From positions 1 to 64,000 of the IMG/VR virus record IMGVR_UViG_3300034107_000314: 64,000 bases of DNA. One strand, given 5' to 3'. Of this stretch, positions 30,456 through 40,340 are shown in pieces; position 1 is the first letter of the stretch, and each line of letters starts with the position of its first letter. Source of the stretch: a virus. The notes below the pieces were generated by a model. That model did not search any database. It worked only from the letters and a program-made list of their open reading frames with translations, and had not been told where the DNA came from. The position numbers were made by a program, and so were the translations under genes.

Positions 30456-33368
30456 ATGTCTAATAATTATGGTAGAGATGAGATATTAGTTTATGTAAAA
30501 AGAACATCATACTCTGATAGAGTTCAGGGTGGCATTATTGGCAATTGGGAGTATTACCAAATGGCCAGTTTGCCAACTAATGACAATCCTAGATATTCTC
30601 ATGGGGATAATAATCCCGATCAAAATATTATTAGTACCTTCTACTATAAATTAAAAAATGGACCATCTGATATAGGGATGCAACTTGGCCCATATCCTAA
30701 AGATTCTGGAATAGCAAAAGATGGCAGTGTTTACTATTTCTCTCCTGAGATTATGGCACAGGTAAAACTATATGTTGGAGAAAATGCTGGGAAGCCTGAA
30801 TTTAAAACTTTTTATAAATCTTTTGTAACTGATGTAGCATATAAAGAAGATCATATACCATATAGAAATTATCAATTATCATTTGATAAAGCTGCATCAT
30901 TTCCATATCTTCCAGAGGAATTAATTCATGGCACTGGTATTCCAGAAATAACAATTAAAAAATATGATGGATCTAAAAGAATTACCAATGAAGATCAATT
31001 CAATGAGTTAAAAACTATCCCAATAATAAGTGGTATACCAAAAGTTATAAGGCAAAGTGGAGTTCTAACTCTAACTACTCCATATGCAGATGAGACTGTG
31101 TACAAATCTTATACTATGGAATACCAAGAAAGTTATATCAGTGTTGCTATAGATACTTTAGAATTGGATTCAAAATTATTTATTAGTCCTTCTACTGAAA
31201 CTACTGGTTCATCTGGCAAGCCCAAAATTGTTCTTAATCCATTATCTGTCACTATAGAGAATTTAAAAACTTATACATTTACAGCTGCCGCAGAGAATTA
31301 TTCTACAGTAAAATGGCAATTGAGTGTAGACGCTGGTCAAACATTTGCAGATATACCAAATCAAACATCGACAGTTCTTGTGGGCCAAGCTGGGATTATT
31401 ATGACTGGTTATCAGTTTAGAGCTGTATTTACAAATGCAATTGGATCTAGTTATACGATTCCTGCTACGTTAAGTATAAAAGGATATCCACCCAAAGTAT
31501 CTAATGGTAGAATATTATTAACTCCAGAACCCCTAATTTATAACACGGGAATTCCAAATATTAATCCTTATCCTAATAAATTTATAGTAATGGATAGAGG
31601 AGTTGTAACAGATTTAAATGGAGTTTACCCCCCGTGGGGTTTGACTGCTTGGCATGAAATTCAAAAAAGAAGAGAGGCTGGAACTCAGCTCCATAAACTA
31701 CCTCTTCATGAAATGTATAATCGCACAAAAGCACTCCCCTGTCAAGCTACATATGTTGCTTATAAAATAGGAAAAACTGGTCCGAAAGCAGCGGATCAAT
31801 ATTTTGTTAATAATGCTACTGATCCAAATATGAATAATAAGATTACTTGGACCCCTAGACAAGCTGTATATATTTTTAACAACAATCCAAACGCATATAA
31901 AAGACAACCTGAATGTTGGCCGTGGTCTTGTCGTAGATGGCAAACAGAGAGAAAAGATATCGTCGATCCACAAAATCCAGATGCTTACGAGTTGATATAC
32001 TATACTCAAGATCAGAATGGAAAATTTGAAACTACAACATTAGATAAAATTCCAAAATTAAATATTAATTTTAGTACCTTTACTGGACATGCAGGAGGTA
32101 AAAGTCCATATATTTTAGATTCTGGGCCAACTCCATTGTCAGACGAAGAATCATATATAAAAGGATATTATTACTCTAAACTATCTATTCCAGTTGGCGA
32201 TCTAGATGACGCTCAGATGGAGCAGTGTGGATGCGATCCTGACGATGCTAAAGTTGAATTTGGCGTTGAGATTTTTCCCATCCTTCATCAAGCAACATGC
32301 AAATTAATTCTTAAAGCTGGATTTTTATGTTATAAAACTTTAACATGTCTAGTGCCAAATGTTGGAGTGGCTAATAAAAAAATTATACATCCTTTCAATT
32401 CTTGCAAATTTAATGAAGATTTACAAATTGATTTACAGAAATTTACATATCCAGACTTAGAAATTAATAATGATAGTTTAGATTTCTACGAAAGCGAAAA
32501 GGCTATTTTATCATACGTCTTTAGTTCTGGTAAATTACCTATTGTGACCGATCCATACACTCATGAAAGCGGAATAATAAAATCGTTAGACGGGGGAGTT
32601 GCTATTGATTTAGCGGGTAAGACGGGTTTTGTGTCTGTATCTGCTAGATATCCTTGTAAATATAGTAGCGATATTCATGTATATACAATTGGTGAAGATT
32701 ATACTATGGAGTCATTTTCTTATCCATTAAATGTAATTCATGATTGTCCAACTGATCACCTTGCAAAAGTTTCTCTTAGAGGGAATGGAACTGATTATCA
32801 AGAAGATCCAGAAAAAGTCATGACTGGTGGAGATTACTATATTAATGATAAAGGTCAAAGAATTTTTTGGAACGTCTGTGATAAAGAAACAGAAACGGAA
32901 ATTTATATCTCTAAATCTCTTGGAAATGCGCGTGGTTATGTATCTGCTCAGGATCAGTGTTGTGAATATTGTAAAGAAGTAAAAGAAGGTGCAATTCTTG
33001 CAGATTATTTTTCTAATCCAATATGTTTTGAATTAGATAAAGAAGGTACAAGCGAAAGTATTAATCAATATGAGCAAGCGGGTAGTTGTAAGTTAGACCA
33101 GAGAAAACCATGTGTTAGTGGATTGATACAAGGCAAAGCCACCCTTAGAGCTATTGCTAGACTGTATGGACCTCAAGCTGAATTTGAAGCAACTATTGAT
33201 GTGTTTGATACATATTTAGAATTTGATGGTGGATTATTGATGAATGACACTGGCTTTATTGATGTTGCCGGAGTTGGAGTTAGCGGAGTTCCATCCGTGT
33301 GGGTTATTGGAGATGTTACGTTAGACTCATTTGGCACTATGCCAAGTCCATATGGAGATATAATTTAA
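30456..33368 (+). CDS. Tail protein with Ig-like domain and Cys-rich C-terminal half
   Basis: P.SVT......TFTA.A......KWQ.S.D.G.TF.DI.......L.......GYQFRAV.TN..GS.....ATL.I is an Ig-like signature. Confidence 0.65.
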   Translation: MSNNYGRDEILVYVKRTSYSDRVQGGIIGNWEYYQMASLPTNDNPRYSHGDNNPDQNIISTFYYKLKNGPSDIGMQLGPYPKDSGIAKDGSVYYFSPEIMAQVKLYVGENAGKPEFKTFYKSFVTDVAYKEDHIPYRNYQLSFDKAASFPYLPEELIHGTGIPEITIKKYDGSKRITNEDQFNELKTIPIISGIPKVIRQSGVLTLTTPYADETVYKSYTMEYQESYISVAIDTLELDSKLFISPSTETTGSSGKPKIVLNPLSVTIENLKTYTFTAAAENYSTVKWQLSVDAGQTFADIPNQTSTVLVGQAGIIMTGYQFRAVFTNAIGSSYTIPATLSIKGYPPKVSNGRILLTPEPLIYNTGIPNINPYPNKFIVMDRGVVTDLNGVYPPWGLTAWHEIQKRREAGTQLHKLPLHEMYNRTKALPCQATYVAYKIGKTGPKAADQYFVNNATDPNMNNKITWTPRQAVYIFNNNPNAYKRQPECWPWSCRRWQTERKDIVDPQNPDAYELIYYTQDQNGKFETTTLDKIPKLNINFSTFTGHAGGKSPYILDSGPTPLSDEESYIKGYYYSKLSIPVGDLDDAQMEQCGCDPDDAKVEFGVEIFPILHQATCKLILKAGFLCYKTLTCLVPNVGVANKKIIHPFNSCKFNEDLQIDLQKFTYPDLEINNDSLDFYESEKAILSYVFSSGKLPIVTDPYTHESGIIKSLDGGVAIDLAGKTGFVSVSARYPCKYSSDIHVYTIGEDYTMESFSYPLNVIHDCPTDHLAKVSLRGNGTDYQEDPEKVMTGGDYYINDKGQRIFWNVCDKETETEIYISKSLGNARGYVSAQDQCCEYCKEVKEGAILADYFSNPICFELDKEGTSESINQYEQAGSCKLDQRKPCVSGLIQGKATLRAIARLYGPQAEFEATIDVFDTYLEFDGGLLMNDTGFIDVAGVGVSGVPSVWVIGDVTLDSFGTMPSPYGDII

Positions 33369-34975
33369 TGGGATGCGACTATACTGATGTTGTTAAAGTT
33401 CTAGACTATACACCTGATGCATTTGAGTATGCCAATAGAAAATCTTACCATAAATGGCGATTGATTGGGATGCAAGTTGATCACACGTTTGTTGGTGGGA
33501 TAAGATTGTCAGATCCATATTCTAATCTTCAAGCTACGGGCGTTAATATCAATGGTATGAGCGAAGTAGATAAATCTGGAGTATTTATTACTTATAATCA
33601 AGGTTTAGAGGGGATAGTAACAGGATGTATTGTTTTAGAAGAGATAAATCAAAATAATCAATTAATTAATAGAGGTGCTAGTTATCTTAGAGCTAAGGTA
33701 GACGGGGATGGTAATAATTCTGCTACGTATGGAATTTTAGGCAATTGTAAAAATCCAGACAAAAAAAGATATGGGCAAAGCTCTTATGATACTAACGCAG
33801 TAACTAATTTTTCTGAAGCCGATCAAAGTTGGGCAAGGTTTGAAGGCTTGGAACAACTTCCCGCTATACCAACAAATGTGCAAGACGAATTGTTTAGCAA
33901 GCCAATGCTTAATGCATGGGCAGATCCACAAGATTATTATTTATGCTGTTGTCCAACAAACGAACAGTGGGAAATGCAAGTTCGTATTGAGATAGATGAT
34001 GGAGGGGTTAAAAAATATTTTGTCCAAAGTCCAGTCTATAAACAAGATAATTTCCCAAATAGTATAGATCTAGGAACATTTAATCAATACTATGGAGATG
34101 GGCGTGGAAATAGATATTATTATAGAACATGTGAAGCTATCAGCTATCCACCCGGAGGAATTGGAGAAGGCACAAAACGCCAAAGAGATTCTATAAGTAC
34201 TAAGTTATGTGTTGATTATTCAGATGCTATATATAATGTAGGTTATAGTGGTAAACCAGACGGATTGCTATTTGAAGGATCTATAAATTTACAACAAGTA
34301 ACACAAGGGGTATTTGTGAAACTTACTAGTTTACCATCTTGCAAGCATTTCAATCAAACTATTAACATAAGAATTCCTTCGGGTGCATTTCCAGATACTC
34401 CAGTCGGCAGGGAGAAACAGGATAGATGTTATGATCCAAATGAATATGGATATGATCCAGATCAACCTATGTGCTTTGAGCATATTAGAAAAGAAAGAGC
34501 TGTAATTAGAATTATGCCAGTTTGTATGGCAACTGCTTTCACTCAAGGCAGGGGAGGTGGACAAAAGGCTCAGATAATTAAACATTTTGATGTTCTTGAG
34601 AGGCATTATGATAGATGGGATAAAGCTGCTGGACCGGGCAATGGATTTAAAATTTTTGATGAAGTATTTGACTTCCCTGCTCAAAAAATGAGAGTAAGAG
34701 TTATATCTCATGGTAAAAAGTATCTTGAACAATATGCTAAAGATTTTCCATATAAGATAGTATCTGATGTAAACAATATTGGAACTATTATTCCAAATCC
34801 TGATTTTATGGTTCCGTATTTCTTAACAGGAGGTAATGTCACTGACAGGGCGGGTGGAGCAAAAGGTTGTTCATGTAGTCACTCCGCACAAAGTGTAGGT
34901 AGTTATCCTATACGTCCATATAACCAATTTAAATACTGTCCAAATGATTTTTCAGGTGAAAAGGATTGTAAATAA
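33368..34975 (+). CDS. Cys-rich tail-tip protein
   Basis: TAATG overlap gives a start at 33368 (MGCDY); 16 Cys counted. Confidence 0.55.
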   Translation: MGCDYTDVVKVLDYTPDAFEYANRKSYHKWRLIGMQVDHTFVGGIRLSDPYSNLQATGVNINGMSEVDKSGVFITYNQGLEGIVTGCIVLEEINQNNQLINRGASYLRAKVDGDGNNSATYGILGNCKNPDKKRYGQSSYDTNAVTNFSEADQSWARFEGLEQLPAIPTNVQDELFSKPMLNAWADPQDYYLCCCPTNEQWEMQVRIEIDDGGVKKYFVQSPVYKQDNFPNSIDLGTFNQYYGDGRGNRYYYRTCEAISYPPGGIGEGTKRQRDSISTKLCVDYSDAIYNVGYSGKPDGLLFEGSINLQQVTQGVFVKLTSLPSCKHFNQTINIRIPSGAFPDTPVGREKQDRCYDPNEYGYDPDQPMCFEHIRKERAVIRIMPVCMATAFTQGRGGGQKAQIIKHFDVLERHYDRWDKAAGPGNGFKIFDEVFDFPAQKMRVRVISHGKKYLEQYAKDFPYKIVSDVNNIGTIIPNPDFMVPYFLTGGNVTDRAGGAKGCSCSHSAQSVGSYPIRPYNQFKYCPNDFSGEKDCK

Positions 34976-36216
34976 TGGAAAGCCTCAGAAGTAAAGATGG
35001 ATTTGATTTTGAAGAAGATGATTCTAAATATCCATATAAAATAGATACGTTTGATATAGGCAATAAAAGAACAACTGCTTTTAATTATTCTCCTAGATAT
35101 TTTAGAAAAAAGGTTGGAGGCTCAAATGGACTGTACCAAGTTATTGGTGGAAATATACCAAGTGACATGGCAACAGAGTATACATTTAATTTTGGTAATA
35201 ATACTAGCTCGCCGCCTCCACCATTAGTATGTAATCTTAATAAAGGCACAGCGGAAAATTTTAGATCTTTTAAAAGTATTAATTTGACTCCAAGTTATAT
35301 TTCTCATTATCGAGTTTCTGAATATCCATCGGAAAAACCCGGAACAAAAAGATCTGAAGCAAATTATATTAATCCTGAAATGGGCAATCTAAATAAACCA
35401 AATTTTATGTATCTTCCGGTTTTTCAAAATTCATGCAGTACGCATCCAAGGGCTAGCGGGTATGCCCATGATGATATTAATGGCATATGTTTAAAATATT
35501 ATGAATATGATCTTCCTCCTGAAGCCGAGGGAAAGTGTTGTCAAGATGGAGTTGACTGTATTAGAAGTGTAAAATTATTTAGCACTACTGGTAGTGAAAT
35601 TCCTGCGAAAGACGAATACGCAACTTTTGATTGCTTGACAGATAATAGGAATGCAAATAATATATTTGATGGTCATGATTGCGGATTTAAAATAAGTTGT
35701 ACCGCTGGATATAGAAGGCAAGGCGGAGTGAGCAACCCGTGTAACTCTTATAATCCATCACCCCCTCCAAAAATTGGATCTTGTCCTAGTATGGGTGGTA
35801 CTACTGAACTAGTTAGTGTTTTTGTAAGTACTATATTTCATTTTGCAGGAAATTCAGACTGTGGGAATAAAAGAAGTACTATTACAGTCAGTAGCATAGA
35901 AGAATGCTCATATTGCGCCTATACTGAATGTAAAAATGGATATTCGCAGCCAATCGAAGGACCAATTAAACCGCCCGGATGGAGTCCCAGCTCTGCTTCA
36001 TATACTAAACATTGTAAAACTATTTCATCTGACAAAGCTAATTATTGTGGATGTCTCTATAATGAAGTGGGTGGTGATGTTTTAATAAGTACTATGAATT
36101 CACCAACAACTAGATTTCCAAACTGGTCTAGGCTATTTATTGACGATAATGGTACTATCACAAGTGCGCCATGTGGTGCTGGTGAACAATATATGACTTG
36201 TAACGATGTTAGCTAA
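34975..36216 (+). CDS. Cys-rich tail-tip protein
   Basis: 20 Cys counted in 413 aa; translationally coupled to the upstream gene. Confidence 0.55.
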   Translation: MESLRSKDGFDFEEDDSKYPYKIDTFDIGNKRTTAFNYSPRYFRKKVGGSNGLYQVIGGNIPSDMATEYTFNFGNNTSSPPPPLVCNLNKGTAENFRSFKSINLTPSYISHYRVSEYPSEKPGTKRSEANYINPEMGNLNKPNFMYLPVFQNSCSTHPRASGYAHDDINGICLKYYEYDLPPEAEGKCCQDGVDCIRSVKLFSTTGSEIPAKDEYATFDCLTDNRNANNIFDGHDCGFKISCTAGYRRQGGVSNPCNSYNPSPPPKIGSCPSMGGTTELVSVFVSTIFHFAGNSDCGNKRSTITVSSIEECSYCAYTECKNGYSQPIEGPIKPPGWSPSSASYTKHCKTISSDKANYCGCLYNEVGGDVLISTMNSPTTRFPNWSRLFIDDNGTITSAPCGAGEQYMTCNDVS

Positions 36217-36226
36217 GGAGAAGGAA

Positions 36227-36571
36227 ATGAAAATTATTTTGGACAAAGAGATCGTTAAGAATATTTTAATTCAGGAAGAGTTTTATAGCAAAGTGCCTGA
36301 ATATTATTTCTTGAAGGAAGCCGGGTATAAGATTTTAGAAGAGATGTCAAGAGAGGGTGGCTGTTCAGCGTGTTCAGAAAGAAATTTGATCGAACCCACT
36401 ATCTCTGCGTTTATATCTCATACTGTCAATCTATTGTTTGACTGTGGCCCCGAAGCTCTAGTTAATTTTAAAAACTTTGTTAAGTTATTAATTGATAAAG
36501 GCGACGATTTACAGATAGGCGTTTTTTACAAAGATAACGACGATGCCGAAGTACAGGAACTAATTATATGA
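36227..36571 (+). CDS. Small CxxC protein
   Basis: AAGGAG SD before MKIIL; GGCSAC motif. Confidence 0.6.
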   Translation: MKIILDKEIVKNILIQEEFYSKVPEYYFLKEAGYKILEEMSREGGCSACSERNLIEPTISAFISHTVNLLFDCGPEALVNFKNFVKLLIDKGDDLQIGVFYKDNDDAEVQELII

Positions 36572-36792
36572 GCGATATTTTTACACTTGCTAATAATTTT
36601 GGTAGATCAGCTTACGAGCATATGAAAGACGGTTTTAAAAAAGTTACAGATGAGGATTTTCAAAAAAGATTAGACATCTGCAAAACATGTGAATATCACA
36701 ATGCAAATACTAATCAATGCAATAAATGTGGATGCTTTTTAAAAATTAAAGCCTCTTGGAACTCTGAAAAATGCCCAATAGATAAGTGGTAA
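36568..36792 (+). CDS. Small Cys-cluster protein (DUF6171-like)
   Basis: RL.IC..C........C..CGC....K......CP..KW. Confidence 0.7.
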   Translation: MSDIFTLANNFGRSAYEHMKDGFKKVTDEDFQKRLDICKTCEYHNANTNQCNKCGCFLKIKASWNSEKCPIDKW

Positions 36793-36807
36793 TGTGTATA
36801 ATATAAT
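36793..36807 (+). promoter_or_regulatory. Putative late promoter TGTGTA-N5-TAAT
   Basis: TGTGTA TAATA TAAT; the 16-mer TGTGTATAATATAATG is identical to the 63462-63477 (-) site. Confidence 0.65.
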
Positions 36808-36841
36808 GATATATCACTTTTTTCCTATGTAGGAGGTTTTA

Positions 36842-37798
36842 ATGGCGTCAATTACTTTTTCGGTTATAGATAATGCTAATGTTGGTAGCGGTATTACTGG
36901 CTCTGGACTTGGATTTTATGGGAGTTCTTTTGGAGCTAGCGTATCGACATTATCATATCAAGATACAACTTATGTTACAAATGCAGATGGAACTGACAAT
37001 GGTGGTTCTGTTAAGAATATTAAATTTTTAGGTAATGCATCTGGATGCTATTTAAGTCCAGCAGCAGCTACAGGTATATTAACTGATATCAATGGTTCTG
37101 AAGCAACCTTAATGATTAATTTCAATCATACAATACCTGTTAAAGTACAGAACTGTCAGCTTAGAATTTATAATAGAGCTAATATTGACACTCCAGCAGT
37201 TGGTGTAATTACTAAAGTTGCTGAGATAGTTAATTTTAATAATATAGCCTATGATACTTGGGTTTCAAGTCCGGGTAATGATACGGGTAATCGCAGGGAT
37301 GCTTTTGGTGATGCTTATTGGTGGGGCGTTGGCTGGCCCAGTGGTGCAGTTTATACTGCTCCAACATATGACACATCTGTAAAACCATATTATATTAATT
37401 CTGTTGGTGTTAAATTTAATAACTTTACAGATTATCAATATATCAAAGGTTCAGGAAATCCTGATGCTGCACTTTCAGCTACTCCACCAGCTTATGAAAC
37501 AGTTGGCGGTAGTGGATTGATTGTTCCATTACTAGATTCGCCCGGTAGTGGTGGTAGATTTCTGCATACAGGAGTAACGCCAGCATTCAAGCCTAAGTTT
37601 ACTCAGTATGTCAATACAACATATCAAGCATTACTTGGTAGAACTGTCCCCTATGCATCCAGCACTTATTTAGCAGATACATATGGTGGCACAGGATATG
37701 ATCTTATGCACACTTGGAGGGTTGCAATTTCCGCTAGTCCTCTGAGCATTGGAAGTAAAACTAATTTTGGATTATATGTTTCATTAGAATATTTATAA
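36842..37798 (+). CDS. Putative virion structural protein
   Basis: AGGAGG SD and its own late-promoter motif; Gly/Ser/Thr-rich. Confidence 0.55.
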   Translation: MASITFSVIDNANVGSGITGSGLGFYGSSFGASVSTLSYQDTTYVTNADGTDNGGSVKNIKFLGNASGCYLSPAAATGILTDINGSEATLMINFNHTIPVKVQNCQLRIYNRANIDTPAVGVITKVAEIVNFNNIAYDTWVSSPGNDTGNRRDAFGDAYWWGVGWPSGAVYTAPTYDTSVKPYYINSVGVKFNNFTDYQYIKGSGNPDAALSATPPAYETVGGSGLIVPLLDSPGSGGRFLHTGVTPAFKPKFTQYVNTTYQALLGRTVPYASSTYLADTYGGTGYDLMHTWRVAISASPLSIGSKTNFGLYVSLEYL

Positions 37799-37804
37799 TA
37801 TCGA

Positions 37805-37888
37805 GAGAATAGATGGCGACCTTTTTGCTGTTTCGAGTCGCGGCTCATTCTTAAACTATAGTTGAAAACGAACAGCGGTAAACTATAG
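37805..37888 (+). ncRNA. Putative structured RNA: two hairpins with complementary loops
   Basis: Stems GAGAAT/ATTCTT plus GCGAC/GTCGC, and CTATAGTT/AACTATAG; loops TTGCTGTT and AACAGCGG can pair. Confidence 0.4.
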
Positions 37889-37892
37889 CGAT

Positions 37893-37925
37893 AAAAAAAG
37901 CCCCGGATAATACCGGGGCTTTTTT
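37893..37925. terminator. Bidirectional intrinsic terminator
   Basis: AAAAAAAGCCCCGG-ATAATA-CCGGGGCTTTTTT between convergent gene arms. Confidence 0.92.
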
Positions 37926-37996
37926 ATTGCTTTATCCTTAAGTTATCTTCGATTGGAAGCAATAATCCATCTTTATTAGATAACTATATTGATAAA

Positions 37997-38341
37997 TTAG
38001 ACTTCTTTTTTCTTATCTGCATCCCACTTCATCCAGCCAGCGTCAGGAAGCCACTTGTCGTCCTTGTCCTTGCGTTTAGGGAAGAGTCCCCCGCCTTTCT
38101 TATGTACTCCAAAAGCGAGCTTTGCACGGCAATTCTTGTTCGTACAACGAAGTTCATAATATTCATTCTCTTCTGTGTCTTTGCGTACAACGTGAGTTAA
38201 GTCTTCGCATCCACACTTACCACAACAAGAGATACAAAACACCTCTTCAAGATTGGATAAATCTTTAAAGGCGTCTGTCATCTTATCCGCTTCAACTCCA
38301 ATTGTAACACTACCAACTGTTTTTGTAATTGTAAAACTCAT
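37997..38341 (-). CDS. Zinc-ribbon protein
   Basis: CGKCG...YYELRC...C.AKLAFG..K.GG.LFPKRKD. Confidence 0.6.
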   Translation of the reverse strand: MSFTITKTVGSVTIGVEADKMTDAFKDLSNLEEVFCISCCGKCGCEDLTHVVRKDTEENEYYELRCTNKNCRAKLAFGVHKKGGGLFPKRKDKDDKWLPDAGWMKWDADKKKEV

Positions 38342-38342
38342 A

Positions 38343-39137
38343 TTATGCTCCGATTAAAATATTTGCTGGAATTGGTTTGCTATTGTTTTGATAATCATTC
38401 AGCAACTTGATCATATTGATAGCTACTTTCTTTCTGACATCTTCAAGTTTATCATAAGTTTTTTCACCTATGTTAATGAACTTGAGTACGTCGATATTCA
38501 TTTCTCTACATTTATTAGTAAGCAATTTAATTTGCGCTCCACTAATAGGATCTTCTTCCTGATAAGCTCCATCTGTTGGGCCTGATTTAATCATATCTCT
38601 AACAGCTTTGCCAACATCCTTATTGCGAGTCAACTCTTCTGCTGCAACACATCGCACCTTGAGCAGCTTACGCAAACATCGACCTTCTGCACGGGTTGCT
38701 GCTGTAGCACCGGGATATGCCATAAATAAGTCATCAGTATTGATACTGAATACTTCTGCAATATCCCCGTATCGAATTGTTTCACCTGTTGAATGTGAAC
38801 GTACTACGATCTCATATACTACAGTTACACGACCGGGATTATTCGACGTTGAGTCTGAAGATATAACCATATTCACTGGTCTACTATCTACGATCTTACC
38901 AATCAATAGTTCCACGACTCTACGCAAACCGTAACAATTTGGATATTTATCTCCATTAATCTCAATTAATTCGTTGTTAGTAAACTTCGTCATCACATAA
39001 TCATGCCATTCAGGAGACAATGGATCTGGTCCTTCTTCGGCATTTTCAATTATGTTCGTAGTTTTAGAGGTATCGAAGACAGTATCTTCAACATGAGGTT
39101 GATAATTTTCATCGAAAATAGATTCTACATTACTCAT
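38343..39137 (-). CDS. Rad52/Sak-like ssDNA annealing protein
   Basis: A.TRA.GR.LR..L.....AEEL motif; C-terminal IS.AQ.K.L helical domain. Confidence 0.55.
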   Translation of the reverse strand: MSNVESIFDENYQPHVEDTVFDTSKTTNIIENAEEGPDPLSPEWHDYVMTKFTNNELIEINGDKYPNCYGLRRVVELLIGKIVDSRPVNMVISSDSTSNNPGRVTVVYEIVVRSHSTGETIRYGDIAEVFSINTDDLFMAYPGATAATRAEGRCLRKLLKVRCVAAEELTRNKDVGKAVRDMIKSGPTDGAYQEEDPISGAQIKLLTNKCREMNIDVLKFINIGEKTYDKLEDVRKKVAINMIKLLNDYQNNSKPIPANILIGA

Positions 39138-39906
39138 TGTTTATTTCCAATTCTATTAACCGATCCTTTTGATCGGGAAATTTGTTGCTAATTTTAGTCA
39201 ATTCTGATTTGATAAGCTCTACTAGTTGATTATTAGATCGTAAGGATACATGTCTTAATAGATATTTAACTCTAATAACACAAAATCCTTTCGATAATAA
39301 AGCTCCGTTTTTGATCGCATCGTACTTTATATTCCTACTTAGCGAGGTTTCTCCATAAACTGGAAGAAAGTGTTGAGGACCATCTATCTCAATAGCAGTC
39401 CTGAGAGATGGTATGTATAAGTCCACCTCAAACCTCTGTCCGGGGATCAATCCGACCTTATGTATTATAACATCGTACCCAGCTTTTGTCAACTCTTCGT
39501 ACAAGAATCTTTCGGCTTTTGACCCCTCTGTACTTGCTTTTCTTAATGCCTGACCCGCTCTCTTCTGCATCTCCAGTCTCTGCTCAGGAGATTTTAATTC
39601 CCAGTTCTCTTTAGCATTTTGCTTGAAGATTTCCCTATCAGATTCGCTAACTTCACTCCATTTCTTAGATCGTTTGATGCTAATGTTATGCTTTTCTTCT
39701 TTTGTTCTTTTCTTACCTAGCATTGGAGGACTTATCTTTCCTTGATCAAAAGCGATTCTTCCAGCTTCCTTTTTTGATCTAAGGGTGTAGCCAGATTGTT
39801 TAATCATTCTGGCAATTTTATTTGGATAAGTATTTAAAGATTCTGCTATCTCTCTAATACTCATTCCACTTTCATAATCATCTATAATTTTATTTAAATC
39901 AAACAT
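39130..39906 (-). CDS. Vsr/DUF559-like (EDxHD-type) homing endonuclease with HTH and NUMOD3-like motifs
   Basis: Y.SGMSIREIA..L HTH; GKKRT.E.K..IS; S..E..L....VDLY.P....AIEIDG..H. Confidence 0.75.
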   Translation of the reverse strand: MFDLNKIIDDYESGMSIREIAESLNTYPNKIARMIKQSGYTLRSKKEAGRIAFDQGKISPPMLGKKRTKEEKHNISIKRSKKWSEVSESDREIFKQNAKENWELKSPEQRLEMQKRAGQALRKASTEGSKAERFLYEELTKAGYDVIIHKVGLIPGQRFEVDLYIPSLRTAIEIDGPQHFLPVYGETSLSRNIKYDAIKNGALLSKGFCVIRVKYLLRHVSLRSNNQLVELIKSELTKISNKFPDQKDRLIELEINNE

Positions 39907-40340
39907 TTATATAATTCATCCATATTTTCTGCAATATAAATATCACTTCTATTAGTAAAATTCTGAACAATTTTTTTGTGCGATTCGCTTCTTACTACGA
40001 TTTTAAACTTATCAAGAATACTTCTACACGCTTCATAGCTCATGACTTGATTTAACCAAGGAATATCCCACAAGAATAACCAATTATCTGTATGTGAATT
40101 ATTTGACAATACTATTTGAGCAGTGTCAAAACTAAAGCACACTGCTTTTCCTGTAAAATTTGATAATCCTATGATATTCATCATAAAGCAATTTGGTGGA
40201 GTCATTGGGGGTATTAAATTTTGATAGAATATATACGGAGATACTTTATTTGTCTCAGCGCCAATTTTTGTGATCAATTGCAATAGTTCAAAATTTTGTT
40301 CGCAGCCACCCAAATTATTAACTACAAATCCTAAATTCAT
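39894..40340 (-). CDS. Glycosyltransferase-like fragment (GT-B N-terminal-like)
   Basis: N-terminal G(F)VV..LGG, L.D.PW, IVV.S...K pattern; located in the GT cluster. Confidence 0.35.
   Translation of the reverse strand: MNLGFVVNNLGGCEQNFELLQLITKIGAETNKVSPYIFYQNLIPPMTPPNCFMMNIIGLSNFTGKAVCFSFDTAQIVLSNNSHTDNWLFLWDIPWLNQVMSYEACRSILDKFKIVVRSESHKKIVQNFTNRSDIYIAENMDELYKCLI

Noticed and set aside
37805-37888. HDV-like/theta ribozyme or tRNA
   Set aside because: No room for P3/L3 between the candidate P2 and P1' strands; no cloverleaf or T-loop consensus.
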